DNA of 64,000 bases, taken from NCBI RefSeq assembly GCF_009914755.1, contig NC_060930.1; one strand, given 5' to 3'. The notes beneath the pieces are model-generated. The model ran no database searches. It saw nothing but the letters and a program-made list of their open reading frames with translations, and was not told the DNA's origin. Shown here in pieces: positions 41,251 through 53,986 of this stretch (positions are counted from its first letter, which is position 1; each line of letters opens with the position of its first letter). The translations under genes and the position numbers were made by a program. The stretch is from the human T2T-CHM13v2.0 reference genome, Homo sapiens.

Positions 41251-41443
41251 GAGAGAATGGAGTTGCAGCAGACTGCTCAGGAATTGTACATCACCAGTAG
41301 CTTCTGTCTCAGCTAAGTGTGGGAGACTGATACTGATGAGCCATTAACAATGGTGGAGATTCTGAATCACTGAAGCACTTGATAAAAGAAATGTCGTGGG
41401 TGATGTGAAAATCTACATATGCCCATGAGAGTATATTGAGTTT
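41251..41443 (+). ncRNA. Candidate exon, 193 nt, just downstream of the MLT1A LTR
   Basis: cttgcattctcttgtgctttgcag| ... TTT|gtaagt. Confidence 0.3.
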
Positions 41444-41772
41444 GTAAGTGTTGTTGCTTAGTGTGTCACAGAGAAGTTTATAAGAAACTATTTTGGAGTA
41501 AGAAACAACACAGAAGAACACAGTTTCAGCCTGAAATGGCTTATTTAGCCACTGACCATCAGAAACAATTACTTTTTACCTTAACCTAGATTTGTAATAG
41601 CAGGATGCATTGAATTCCTTCATTGAAGTGAAACCTTAGCAAATCTTTAAGTAGTACTCTAAAGTGACAAAAGGTGTTTACATTTACTAATGTAAATTTC
41701 TTGTGGAGATAAAGTTTTTATTCTTCTTGGGTCTCAAGACTGCTCAAGAAGGAACCATCGTTTGTTCTACAC

Positions 41773-42139
41773 TGCTCTGTTCTAAATGTTTGTTCCCCCA
41801 ATATTCATATGTTGAAATTCTAACCCCCAAGGAGATAGTATTAGGAGGTGGGGCCTTCGGGACATGATAAGGTCATGAGGATGAAGCCCTCAAGAATAAG
41901 ATTCATTGCCTTATAAAGAAAAACCAGAAAGATCCCTCATTTCTTCAATCATAAGAAGACACATGAGCAAGAAGACGGCCAGCTATGAAGCAGGTCGTGG
42001 GCCCTCGCCAGACACTGAATCTGCCAACACTTTGATCTTGGATTTCCTAGCCTGCAGAACTGTGAGAAATAAATTTCTTTTCTTTATAATCCACTCAGTC
42101 TAAGGTACTTTGTTCTAGCAGCCTGAATGTACTGCGACA
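41773..42139 (+). mobile_element. MLT1A0-type solo LTR
   Basis: aattcatatgttgaaattctaacccccaagg...cagacactgaatctgcc...gaactgtgagaaataaatttc. Confidence 0.92.
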
Positions 42140-43300
42140 TAACACTCCCTTGCTGTTTTATTGTTGAGAAAGGAGGAAGGGTAGGTCTTTTATTGTTGAA
42201 TAAGGTGGGGAGGAGAGGACTTTTGGGGTGAGCACCGTGTGCTTATTGCTGCTTGGAGTGGACTCTTTCTCACCCTATATTTATGTGTTAAATGGAGTAG
42301 GATGTGATTGGGCATGTGGTTTTCAGCTACATTAAAGTAGCTTCTTTGGGCTGTGTGAGAGACACTAAATACCATTTCATAAACACTGAAAAAGAAGTCT
42401 CTCTTTAGATAAACATTCAGCAGAGCAAGGATTTTGGAGATGCTAATTAATACCTTACATTTATATAGAGCATATCCATTTTATACTTTGAAAAATACGA
42501 TTTTATATAACCTGACATGGCAGCCAAGATGCAGAAAGCAAACTAAGAGTCACATTCAGTAAGAGTAGTATTCTTACAGCAGGAAATAATTATGGTCAGC
42601 AATGTGGGAGGAGAGTCATCCCAAAGTTAGCTGACTAGAGTGGATTAAGTTCACATCTGGCTAATGAGACTATCCAAAAACGAGTCTGGGAATGCATGGA
42701 AGCATTCGACAGTGCTGTCATTTTGGTTCTGTCCTTGTGAGCCTCAGCTGGCAGTGTTTCATTGGTGCATTCATTATGACATCATTTTATGGCTGAGCAA
42801 TTTGCAGGCCAAAAAGACCTGAGACTCCCTGGGGTGAAGGGAAATGCCACAGACATCCATGGTCTTGGATGCTCAGTGAGTAAACTGGGATTTTTAAGCA
42901 GTTCCTAGGGCCTGAGAAATAGTTGGTCAGAACCCAGGCCTACACCCTTTTGCCTGAGCTGTTTCAGGGAGGAGTTGGATACATCTACACATCCCATACT
43001 GGCCCCACATGTCCCTAATACATAACAGCAAAGAAGACTAATATGGCAGGAGATGTTGCCATATTGAACTGAACTCTTTAATGGAATATGCTGATGTGAG
43101 GAGCCTGAAGATTAAGACCCTTTTGCCTTGTTTCACTGATGCCAATTAACACTGTGTCATAATGTTGGCATGCATGAGACACAAGCAATTTTACTCTAGG
43201 AAGAGAAAGAAATTCAAGAATTTTTTTCCTGTATATATAAGCCTTCATATATTGCACTATTTTAAGTATTATATGGAAAGATGCCCTTCAGGTCTCTTTC

Positions 43301-43302
<2 letters not shown>

Positions 43303-43334
<32 letters not shown>
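43303..43334. repeat. (CA)16 microsatellite
   Basis: Direct reading. Confidence 0.97.
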
Positions 43335-43337
<3 letters not shown>

Positions 43338-44925
43338 ACCCATCCTGGACATCCTATCTACTTTCCTGTATTGACCTCTCATAACTCTCAGAATTTTGCA
43401 TGTTATCTAAAATAGGCTTACTTCTGTCCATCATACCTTTATTCCACATTTCCACCACTGTCCCAGCCTATTATCACCACACTCATCTTCAAGACAACTG
43501 CAAAGACGTGAAAAGCCTCCTTCAAGACAATTGAAAAGTTGGATATTTCATATCCAACTAGAAAATGACTTTGTCTCCTAGCTTCTAGAAACTTGCTTTT
43601 GCCTCTCTCATTCTACATTCCATTCCATCTTGTGTTATCATTTGAGTACATATGCAAAGATATGGGGTACACACTTAAATGTATGTTAAAATTTGGAAGT
43701 GATTTATTAGCTGTTATCATAGGCAGCTTTGCTTGTGAAAGACAAAGCTGATCTGTATTTTTTATTTCAATTAACTTGGCTTGTCTTTGTGTGACTGAAC
43801 ACAGCTAATCAAAGTATTATATGCATATATGTAGAGCCAGGTAATATAAAGACCATGTAGAGAAACTACTGTATTTGCAAATTGATCATACTACTATAAT
43901 CCCTTGCTTTGGCTATAATATCCATGGACGTCAAAGTCAGAGATATGATTTGCTAGAGGGCTCATGAGAATAATGCTCTTTTGTCTATTGGAATTATTCT
44001 AACTAAATCTAATCAGTTTTTGGGGGTGGTTACATGATGTCAAGTTAGATATTAGCTGAACATAAATAAATGAATGGTATTCTTTACTTATATACATATC
44101 ATTAGTTCTATATCAACATGTTTAATTTATCAAACATAAGCAGAAACTGTGGTTCTTTTGGCAGCTATTAATTTGCCTGTCTGCTTCTTCACAAGATGTA
44201 TATTATTATCTTATGACTCTGTCCCACATAAATAATGTGAACATTACTTATTCCTAATAAGAAGTACTCAGTTTTAAGATACTGCACACTCTTTCAAGTA
44301 TTAGCTTACTGTTATATTTGTAAAATATAAATAAACCTACAGTAATGTTATAAAAAAGATGACTATTTTCAAAAGCAAACCAAGAAATCCAAGTTTTAGC
44401 AAGGTGCTCATTCTCATGTTGAATCTAAAATTTCTGTTACAAATTACAGTCTGATTTAATGCCTGCTTTAAGAAAAAATATTGTACCAAACTAAGGTTGC
44501 TTTAAACAATATGTGTAAAGTTTAGTGTCTCTTGTAGGATGACTGCAATACAATATTTATTTTAAAAGACCATGAAAATGAGACAAAAAGCAGTTAATAC
44601 TTACAGTGCCAGTCAAAGCCATTTTTATGTTATTATAAATTGCCAGACATATTTTATCATTTAAAAAGTGTACATGTTTTAGTGACAAGTAATGTAGCAT
44701 CTTAAAAGAACATGGCCTTTGGCTTTAGACAGACTCAGATTCAAATTACAGTGTTGTCATTTAATAGGTTTGTGCCATTGGGTGACAAAACTTCAACCTA
44801 ACCTCAGATTCTTCCTCTGTGGAAAGGGACTAATGATAATTTTTTAAAAAGCTATAGTGACATGTTCAATGAAGCACTATTCATAATAGCAAAACTAGAA
44901 TACAACCTCAGTGTCCAATTCCAGT

Positions 44926-45652
44926 TGTATTCATCAGTTACTGTCACATCAATACATGTAAAAAACCATCTCCAGGCCAGGCATGGTGGCTCACACCTGT
45001 AATCTCAGCAGTTTGGGAGGCCAAGGCATGTGGATCACGAGGTCAGGAGATCGAGACCATCCTGGCCAACATGGTGAAACCTCGTTTCTACTGTAAATAC
45101 AAAAATTAGCTGGGTGTAGTGGCGCGTGCCTGTAGTTCTGCTGAGGCAGGATAATCCGTTGAAGCTGGGAGGCGAAGGTTGCAGTGAGACGAGATCGCAC
45201 CACTGCATTCCAGCCTGGGCAACAGAGTGAGACTCCATCTCATAAAACAAACAAAAAAACCCATCTCCAAACACCATGGTTTGCTACAGCAAGCATTTAT
45301 TCCAATGCTCGTGGGTCTGCAAATCAACAAAGATTAGCCTACCTCAACGAGGCACAAATGGGCAGCTCTGCAGTGGTGGGGCTTGGCACCAAGGCCCAAT
45401 TTGGGTTCAGGTTTGTTCCATGTATGCTTATTTGGGGACCCAAGCTTAAAGGACGGCAACTACCTATGGTGAATCATCAAAGCACCAGAGACAAACTAAT
45501 TGGGGTAAGCACAATTAAGATCTCTGCACAAAATCCATTAACTTCCATTGGTCAAATTAAGTTCCATGGCCAAGCTCAGTATAAACAGAAAGTCTTCTAT
45601 AGTCAGAAGGGAGGAAAGGAAATATGTGCTGCACAATTATCCAAATACCACA
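44926..45652 (-). mobile_element. Old MLT1 LTR interrupted by Alu
   Basis: tgtattcatcagttactgtcac...[Alu]...caagcatttatt...ccattggtcaaattaagttccatggccaagc. Confidence 0.7.
44975..45259 (+). mobile_element. Alu SINE (AluSc-like) with short internal deletion
   Basis: gagatcgagaccatcctggcc; lacks cccagctactcgggag segment; TSD aaaaaac(c)catctcca. Confidence 0.96.
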
Positions 45653-46169
45653 ATGGCTAAGTAGTAACTGATTTAATGATTAAGCAGCATTCATATGACA
45701 AAAGGCTACTTATCCATTAAAAATGTAATTAGAAAAAAATGACTGGCAGAGTAGTATTCTTATGATCTACTTTCAAGGAAAAAAGTAAGTTATCAAAAGA
45801 TACATACACAGAAAATTATAGAAAGGTTTGGGAATGAAATATTACCAGTAGTTACCTTTGAGGAATGAGATATTGGATGGTTTTGATTATTTCCCCTCTA
45901 CACGCTTTTCAATGTTTTCCAAGTCAGCTGAACAGATTACATATTATTTTTGTTATTTTAAATAATTAATTAATAAAATGTTCTTCCAACTTTAGAAAAA
46001 CATAAACTCTTATTTGAGGCAATAGCATCACCACATTAATATGGCTAGATGAGAAAAAAAGTGAAAGTATGTTGTGATTATAAAGCATAAAGCAAATATA
46101 AGGGATTTAAAAAAAATAATTTCATTTATGTCTCGAATTCCAGCATTCTATACTGTTTCCTGGGTGCAT

Positions 46170-46403
46170 GAAAAATGTCTTTATCTCATCCTCATTCTCA
46201 AAAGATAATTTTACTGAGTATAAGATTCTAGCTTGACATAAATTTTCTTTCAGAGCTGTGAAGATATTATTCTGGCATCCATTGTTGTTAATGGGAAGTC
46301 TACTTCAGTTTAATTTTCATTTGTTTAAAGTTATTTTATCTTGTGTCTCTTTTTAAGATCTTTTTGTCTTTGGTGTTCTGCTGTTTGATTGCAATGTGTC
46401 TAA

Positions 46404-46446
<43 letters not shown>

Positions 46447-46700
46447 ATTCTACTTTATATTAGCATTTGTTGGATTTCCTGAAACTAAAGATTGCAGTCC
46501 ATAACAATGCTAGAAAATCCCACATCACTAACTCTTTGAGTATTTCCTTGTTCCCATTCTCTCTCTCTCTTTCTACTTCTGAAACTTCAATTACCTTCTC
46601 TACCTTCTGTTTTGCTTAACTATCTTTCCTATTTTCAATCTCTTTCTCCCTATATTATATTCTCAAGAATGCCTTTATTTCCAGACTGATCATTTGGTTC
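46170..46700 (-). mobile_element. Ancient L1M fragment containing about (GT)19 at 46406-46443
   Basis: aaagataattttactgagtataagattctag...tgaagatattattc motifs. Confidence 0.65.
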
Positions 46701-47408
46701 TTTTTTCAAATCTACCTAGTGATTTCTGAAAAATCTCTTATTCTTCATCATCTTACTATGTTCTTACTCTTTTTGAAAGATGAGGCTGATATTTACTTCA
46801 AAGTATATATGTGTCTTTCCAAAATCTGCAACATTTTGAGCTGGAATCATCAGGTTGACTTTTCTTTTCCGGTCATTCTCATTCACATTTGCTTGCATGG
46901 TCTCAATCTCCTGAGAACATCCTTTCTTAGTTCATCAACTAGGGATGTCACCTTTTGGAGACTTTTGATTTGAGGCTGTTTCTTTGCTTTTCCATTTTCC
47001 CTTGCACAGACCAGGCTTTGTTTCTACTCTGTCCATGCAGTTCTGGGCTACCAGGAATGGCAGATGTCCTTAGGGCAAACAATGGCTTTTGAACTTGTCT
47101 ACTTTCTGGAGTCACACCTTTTTTCATTTCTGCCCATCAAGATTTTTTTGACTTGTTTATCAGACAAATAACACAAAAATGTATTATTTTACAAAACTTC
47201 ATTCAGTATTTTTAGGCATTGTTTACTGGAAGGGTTTTTTATAAACAACGATCCTACTATATTTTCAGAAGTAAAAGTGCCTAATCGTCTTTTAAATTAT
47301 CTTCTTCCTCTATATGAATGAACACCTTTCATAGATATGCTTTGTGTTATGGATGTAGAAATCCCTGACACCTACTATAGTACCAGACACATATAAAGAA
47401 TAAGGAAG

Positions 47409-47612
47409 TGGTGAAACCCTGTCTCTACTAAAAATACAAAAAATTAGCCGGGCGTGGTGGCAGGCACATGTAGTCCCAGCTAATCGAGGCTGAGGCAGGA
47501 GAATGGCGTGAACCCGGGAGGCAGAGCTTGCCGTGAGCCGAGATTGCACCACTGCACTTCAGCCTGGGTGACAGAGCGAGACTCCATCTCAAAAAAAAAA
47601 AAAAAAAAAAAA
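47409..47612 (+). mobile_element. AluY, 5' truncated
   Basis: Y diagnostics (gaatggcgtgaacccgggag, gagcttgc); A22 tail; perfect 14-bp TSD aaagaataaggaag at 47395-47408 and 47610-47623. Confidence 0.97.
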
Positions 47613-48347
47613 GAATAAGGAAGAAATTAATGGAATCAATTATATAATCTTAGAGCATAAGGTCTTTGAAAACTATAAACCATTTTAGAAATGTAGGACA
47701 TTAGTACTTCCCCAAGGGATTTAGAAGTCATACTAAGTTTTTATTTTACCATAAAGGTTCCTAAATGAGATTTCATAGCCCAGTGAACATTTTAATTATT
47801 TGAAAATTAAACTGTCAAAATTTGGCTAAAAGTCTATAATTTATACATAACCAAATATATTTTTTAAAAAATTTATGACAACTGGCAAAAAGATTACATT
47901 TGATATTAGAATATTATGTTTTAGTCACCTTGCTCTTTTACTTAATTGTCAGACCCAAGGAGAAGACAACCTATGGGTTTCTTTATCCCTAACATTGATT
48001 TATTTGGTAAAAATGTTTTGCCCTGTACACAAATGAGCACGTATAATAGAGGATAACAAAAATGATTCATGCAGGAAACTCATATATTTTAGGGAAACAT
48101 TTTAGGCCTGGGTCTTAAAGGAAGACTTTAGGCATAGTGATTTATTTTCAACTTTAATCTGCTGTTTATGGCCTGATAAAAAAAAACTTGTTTCCATTTT
48201 TTCGTGCTTTTCTAAAAGAATATTCACAATACGTGTAAAGCCAAGCATTTAAACATAGAAATGTGAAATTTTCCATATGCTTTTGCTGGGGGATATATAT
48301 GCTTTTTTAAAACTCCATTGATGAAAATTCCTGGGTAAAAAGCAGAC

Positions 48348-48386
48348 GTGTGTATGTGTGTGTGTGTGTGTGTGCGTGTGTGTGTT
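48348..48386. repeat. Imperfect (TG)n microsatellite
   Basis: Direct reading. Confidence 0.9.
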
Positions 48387-48484
48387 GTGTCTACTTGTGT
48401 ATTTACTCGTTTGTGGTTCACATATTTTGCGGTTGAATTATCCAGTTTGTTCCCTCCCTTCTGATGAAGTCTTGCATTCCAACT

Positions 48485-48885
48485 TCATTGCAGTGTGCAG
48501 TTCGTCTGTGTGGTTTGCTTTTTCTTGCATCTGAAAATAATTTGGGAGAAACAGAAACATAAAATTTGATTTAACCTGAAAAATCTTTTCTTCATTTCTT
48601 TTTAAAATATGACCAGTTCAGGCCTTTCTATATAAGGATAAAGAGTCAAAGTCAGGCTAATCCAGGAAAAATGTGAGCCTGAAGAGTTCCTCAAATCCGA
48701 TATTTGAGCAAACCAATCCCAAAATATCCAAGACTTATTCCTTGGCTCCGAGAACTGCAACATCATAGGGATGGCTTTTTCCCATTATTGGCAGTTCTTT
48801 TGCTTGTTCACACTTTGCCATTGAGGTTTTCTTCTCAAGATTCTTCTCGAGAAGATGGAGTTTAACTATAACGAACACTGTATTC
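48485..48885 (-). pseudogene. Speculative decayed two-exon coding remnant ending in CaaX (or lncRNA terminal exons)
   Basis: Acceptors at 48885 and 48530; 147-nt open exon ends GGA|ataagt; joined frame ends KECKKKQTTQTNCTLQ-stop; AATAAA at 48146-48141; no homolog recognised. Confidence 0.2.
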
Positions 48886-49531
48886 CTAAAGTCACAAGAG
48901 GTGCAGGTCAAAATTATTTTATTTTCAGGCATCAGTACAAAATATTTAAACCTGGAGGACTGCGCTCCAAAATTATACCAAAAATAGAAAACATTTTTAA
49001 AATTATGGAACATCCAATTCAATGAAATACCACCCATGCATATTTACAAAAGTTTTAAAACTATGGTATGTGTTTATTATAAAGTTAAATGGAAAAGTTT
49101 AGAATCTAAAATTATATGGTGCTACATTAGTACAACTATGTACAACTATTAGTACAACTAAACAGGAATATAAAAATAAATCAAGCAAAAACATACCATT
49201 AAAAAACCCTGTTAATTAGTCATTACCTTTTTGTTTGGAGAATATGTGATTTAAAATCTTCATCGATGTTTGAAACTCAATGAATATCAATATTTTCATG
49301 ACTTTTATTTCTGTATTATTGATTTATATATTTATTTTGAGGTAGCAGTGTGTTAAGGCAGAACAAGTTTCCAAAGACCTGTGTTTTAATTATGTTTTTT
49401 TACCATTTACTAATGAAAGCTTCATATTTTTATCTATATGGTTTAAATAATATATCATCCTAAAACTGTTTGTCAGTTCATCTCTTCTTCTGGTGACTCA
49501 TTGAAAAGTATTTTTTATGTACAAAAACTGT

Positions 49532-49609
49532 ATATATCTATATCTATCTATCTATCTATATATCTATCTATCTATATATATATATATATATATATGGAGA
49601 GAGAGAGAA
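49532..49609. repeat. Compound STR (TATC)n(TA)n(GA)n
   Basis: Direct reading. Confidence 0.92.
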
Positions 49610-51014
49610 CTAGATAGCTATTTTAAAATGTATTTGCATTGGTAGATGTCACAAATCAGGTGTTTCACTTTTACATTTCATTTCAGACAGAAGTGCTTGC
49701 CTTGGTGATCCAAAAAAGGCAGGATCCGGCCGGGGGCAAGGTGATTATTCTGTCTGATGAGGAGAATAAGAGCCAGTTTGTGGTATTGACAGAAGAATGA
49801 AAGTAAAGGTAGGCTAGAGATCATCTCTTTCACAGGTTTATCTGTGTTAGGTTCTCCCAGGCAAAGGCACGTTTCTCTTTCAGATGTTGCTTTAAATTCC
49901 CAGCTTGTGGTAGGCATTAATTCATCATGGTAAAGCCTCATGTGAGATTATTCACCAAGTAACTGAGTATATTTTCTCTGAACCCAACTTTTCACATCAT
50001 CCCACTCAGTCAACTTAGTTCTAAAACTTTTTTAAAAACATGAACATTTCTAGAATTTTCATCTCGAATCTACACCCATCTGATTTTTCAATTGCCACAA
50101 TCCAGTTTTCAGTAGAAACTGTAGAAATCACCTTCAATCTATTAGAATTTGCATATTTTTCTATTTATTATTCTTCTTCAAGAGAAATATTTTCCCTCTA
50201 GTCAAAGGTTGATGCCTTCTGGTACCTTCAAATAACATCTTCTGTGGATGTGATTTCTTAGAAGTTTTTTTGAAAGGTGTTATAAAGCCATGTACTGAAA
50301 ACCACAAACATTCTCCTCCAACATAGTGCAAATTATGTTATACCAAAGACTCATGAACAGCCTACCTATTTAAAGTATCCAGTGAAGAGATTTGACAGTG
50401 GTTTGTCTATGAAGTTTCAACCTGTGCCATTTAAGGCAAACCAATTTCATTAACTGCTCTGAGAGGACATATGTCTTGACCACTCTTGTTGCATTTTTAA
50501 GGAGAAAGTCATTTTTGAAGCAGTAAACATCCTTGTGGGTATTGAAATTAATATGGAATCATAATCATAGCTCCCATAATCATATGGGAACTTGAATACT
50601 TGAAAGGCATGAAGCATCAGTCAATCCGGAGATTCAGATGAGCTATTCAAAATGATTATGGACTTTTTATATTCTAGTCAAATGTGGCTGATCAACAATA
50701 TTTTAGGGGAAACAAATATTGTTGTATATTATTAAAGTTTTTAACAGTCTGTGTTGCAAGTAACTGATTGGCCCAGCTTGGGTAATGGGCTCTCCCACTT
50801 GATCCACTAGGAAGCATAAATCTCCAAAGGAAAACAGAGGTGTTATTACGAAATGAATGGGAAGGAAGCTTAGAAAGGCTGAAAAAAACAAAATTGTCCA
50901 GTCCTTTTTATTTTATTGATTTTGCATGTTCCTTAAATCAGAGCCAGTGAGACATATTTATAAAAAAACAATGGCCTTTCCCTACAAATGCTGGTTATTT
51001 AAAATATTTGAACT

Positions 51015-51150
51015 TTTCTTTCCTTCCTTCCTTCCCTCCTTTCTTCCTTCCTTCCTTCCTTTCTTCCTTCTACTTTATTTCTGCCCTTCTACCCTTCTTT
51101 CTTTCTTCCTTCCTTACTACCTTCTTTTTTTCTCTTCCTCCCTTCCTTCT
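51015..51150. repeat. (CTTC)n-like polypyrimidine low-complexity tract
   Basis: Direct reading. Confidence 0.9.
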
Positions 51151-52139
51151 ATCAGGGCCACAGTGTCATTCTAAAGCACAATACTGAATATACAGCGTAG
51201 GTTCAAGTCAGCAACTGAGACTCAGAATCCCAAAACAAATCACTTATCAGAGCTTTTCAGTTCTGTAGCTTGCTGTAAGGTCACTTAGATATCTGTGCAG
51301 AATCATGTTATTCTGTTTTATATAATAAAATAATAAATGCTTTCAAAATTTAAAAATAAACGGATTTTCTCCAATTTCAGGTATTCTCTCATAATTTCTT
51401 AAAACTGTATTCTGCAGTAATAAAACAATTGTAGAATTAGAAAAGGACTTTTAACAGAAAATCTTGTGGAGCTGGTCTACAACTTTTGGTTTGTTTACTG
51501 TGCTCAGGATTGTTCTTTTATACTGAATAAAGACATATTTCTTGCTATTAAAATTAGTCAAAACTTATGTAATTGCATTAAAGATATGTCTTTTAAGGTG
51601 GTTCTTCCCAGAGCACTAGGACTTTTGTGTTTCTCAGGTGAACATACTAGAGAATTTTTGTGACATGGCACAAACCCTTTCCCAAAAGATACTGATGTGG
51701 TTGGCATTAGGACTCATGTTCTCTTTGCCAACCATTCGGTCCTTTATAAATTTCACAAGAGAAATATTTTCTGTTTTTCATTTTATTTTCTTGTGAAAAA
51801 CATTGGCTGAAAAGCCAGCTGGTAATGTACATGTCTTATATATTGGCTGATTATCATTTGCCATTATCTTTAGGTCAGAAGATGCTATATATACATGGGC
51901 TGGGGGACTTGTCCATGACTATGCATCACTCATCCAGTAGAATCCTTCAAGGATAACAGGCTAAACTTGATTGTAATTAAGATGATTTTCTTTCTCTTCA
52001 AACAGATGTATAAGGAGACCATTTTATTCTCAAGTAATAAAGTTAATGAATCTGATTTCAAATAATATCTTTAAAATGAAAATGCTCATAGAAGGAGTTA
52101 GGAAAGTTCAATCAAAATTGTCAATAAGAGAAGATTTCT

Positions 52140-53985
52140 ACTTCTGAGAAGATGGAGTAGACATACATCTACAAAACGGATAGACCTTAAAAGAGAAATA
52201 GACAAGACTACAATTATACTTCAAGGTTTCAACATCCCTTTCTCAGCAACTGACAGAACTGAACAAAAATTCAGCAAGGATATAGAAGAATCAACAACAC
52301 CATCAATCCACAGACTCAAATGAACATTTGTAGAATACTGCCCCCCCAACAGCAGATTACACATTCTTTTCAAGCACTCAGGGAATATATATCAATATAG
52401 ACTGTATCCTAGGCAATAAAACAAAAGACAACACATTTATAATAATTGAAATTACATAAAGTGTATCCTCTGATCACAATGGAATCAACCTGGATACCAG
52501 CAGCAAAAAGATATCAGAAACATTTCTAACCACTTGCAAAATAAACTACACATTTCTAAATAGTCCAGGGATCAAAGAGGAATTCTTAAGGAAAATAAAA
52601 AATAAATGGAATAGAATGAAATTAAAAAATACAACATATTTAACTATTAGGGGCATAGTTAAAACAGTTCTGAGGGGGAAATTGTAATACTAAATATTTC
52701 CATTAGAAAGGAGGTAATGTGTTATATTAGTCATCTAAGCTCCTACTTCAAGAATCTCAAAAAAAGAAGAGCAAAATGAACTCAAAGCCAGCAGAAGAAA
52801 GGCAATAATAATGATGATAGCAGAAATAAATAAAGTTTAAAAGAAAAACCAATGAAATGAAAAGCTGGTCCTTTGAAATGGTTCATAAAATTGACAGCAG
52901 TTTGACTGGTAAGAGAGATTGACAAAATAAGACTGACAGAGAAAAAGAAAGGCAACACAAATTGTAAAGACCTTAACAACCTCAAAAGGCTTATAAGGGA
53001 ATATTACAAATGACCTACACACATAAATTGGATGACTTAGAAGTGTACCAGTGTTCAAAAAGCACAGGCTACAACAACTCACCAAATATTAAACAGATAA
53101 TTTAACTAGTCCTAAAACTAACTAGTAAGGAAATTGAATTTATAATTTAAAAATCAATCATACAAATGTTTAAACAAAAAGTAATGCTAATTCTACACAA
53201 TCTTTTCTAGCCAGTAGAAGAGGAGGAAATACCTCCCAATTAGTTTTGTGAAGCTAATATTATCCTGATACTAAAACAAGATGAAACAGTATAAAAATAA
53301 AAAAACTAGAACTGTGTCTTTCATGAATGTAAATATAAAAATTATTAACAAAATATTAGCAAATAGAATTCAGCAATATATAAAATAATTACACACCATG
53401 ACCATGCAAAGTTTATTTCAGAGACACAATATTGTTACAATATTTTGATATTAATCAAAGTAGTCCATCGTATTAATAGGCTAAAGAAGAAAAATCACAC
53501 GATTACATCAAGTGATACAGAAAAGGCATTTGACAAAAATTTACCACCCATTCATAATAAAAACTTTCAGAAAATGAGGAATAGAGGGAAACTTCCTCAA
53601 CTTGATAAAGAGCATTTACAACTAACATTATAAATAAATAAACCTCAATCTAACCTTCACACATTATATAAAATGTAAGTCAAAATGGATAATAGACTTA
53701 TTGTAAAATGTAAAACTATAAAAGCTTTAGAAAAAAAACATAAGAGAAAAGAGAAAATCTTAGGAATCTAGGCCTAGGCAGAGAGCTGTCAGACTTGATA
53801 CCAAAAGTATGATTCAAAAAGAAAAAAAATAGTAATAAATTTGACTTTATCAAAATTTTAAAAACTTTTGCTTTGAAGAAGACCCCGATAAGATGCTCTA
53901 AAATTAGGCTACTGACTGGGAAAAAAATTTCAAACCACATATTCAAAAAGAATGAGTATCTAAAATATGTAAGAAACTCAAAAAC
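52140..53985 (+). mobile_element. Old L1M ORF2 (endonuclease to RT/C-terminal) remnant with deletions
   Basis: cagcagattacacattcttttcaagc, tctgatcacaatggaatcaa, gatacagaaaaggcatttgacaaaa (DTEKAFDK), frameshifted. Confidence 0.9.
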
Positions 53986-53986
53986 T

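Noticed and set aside
40862-42139. Two co-oriented MLT1A LTRs as one provirus
   Set aside because: The 550-bp spacer does not resemble MaLR internal sequence, the LTRs differ substantially and no shared outer TSD is evident
45184-45660. Longest ORF (158 aa)
   Set aside because: GTG start, spans an Alu tail and an antisense MLT1 LTR; chance frame
48739-48885. Resemblance of the CaaX-linked peptide to a Ras/Rab C-terminal half
   Set aside because: Lacks NKxD and SAK motifs; similarity is only compositional
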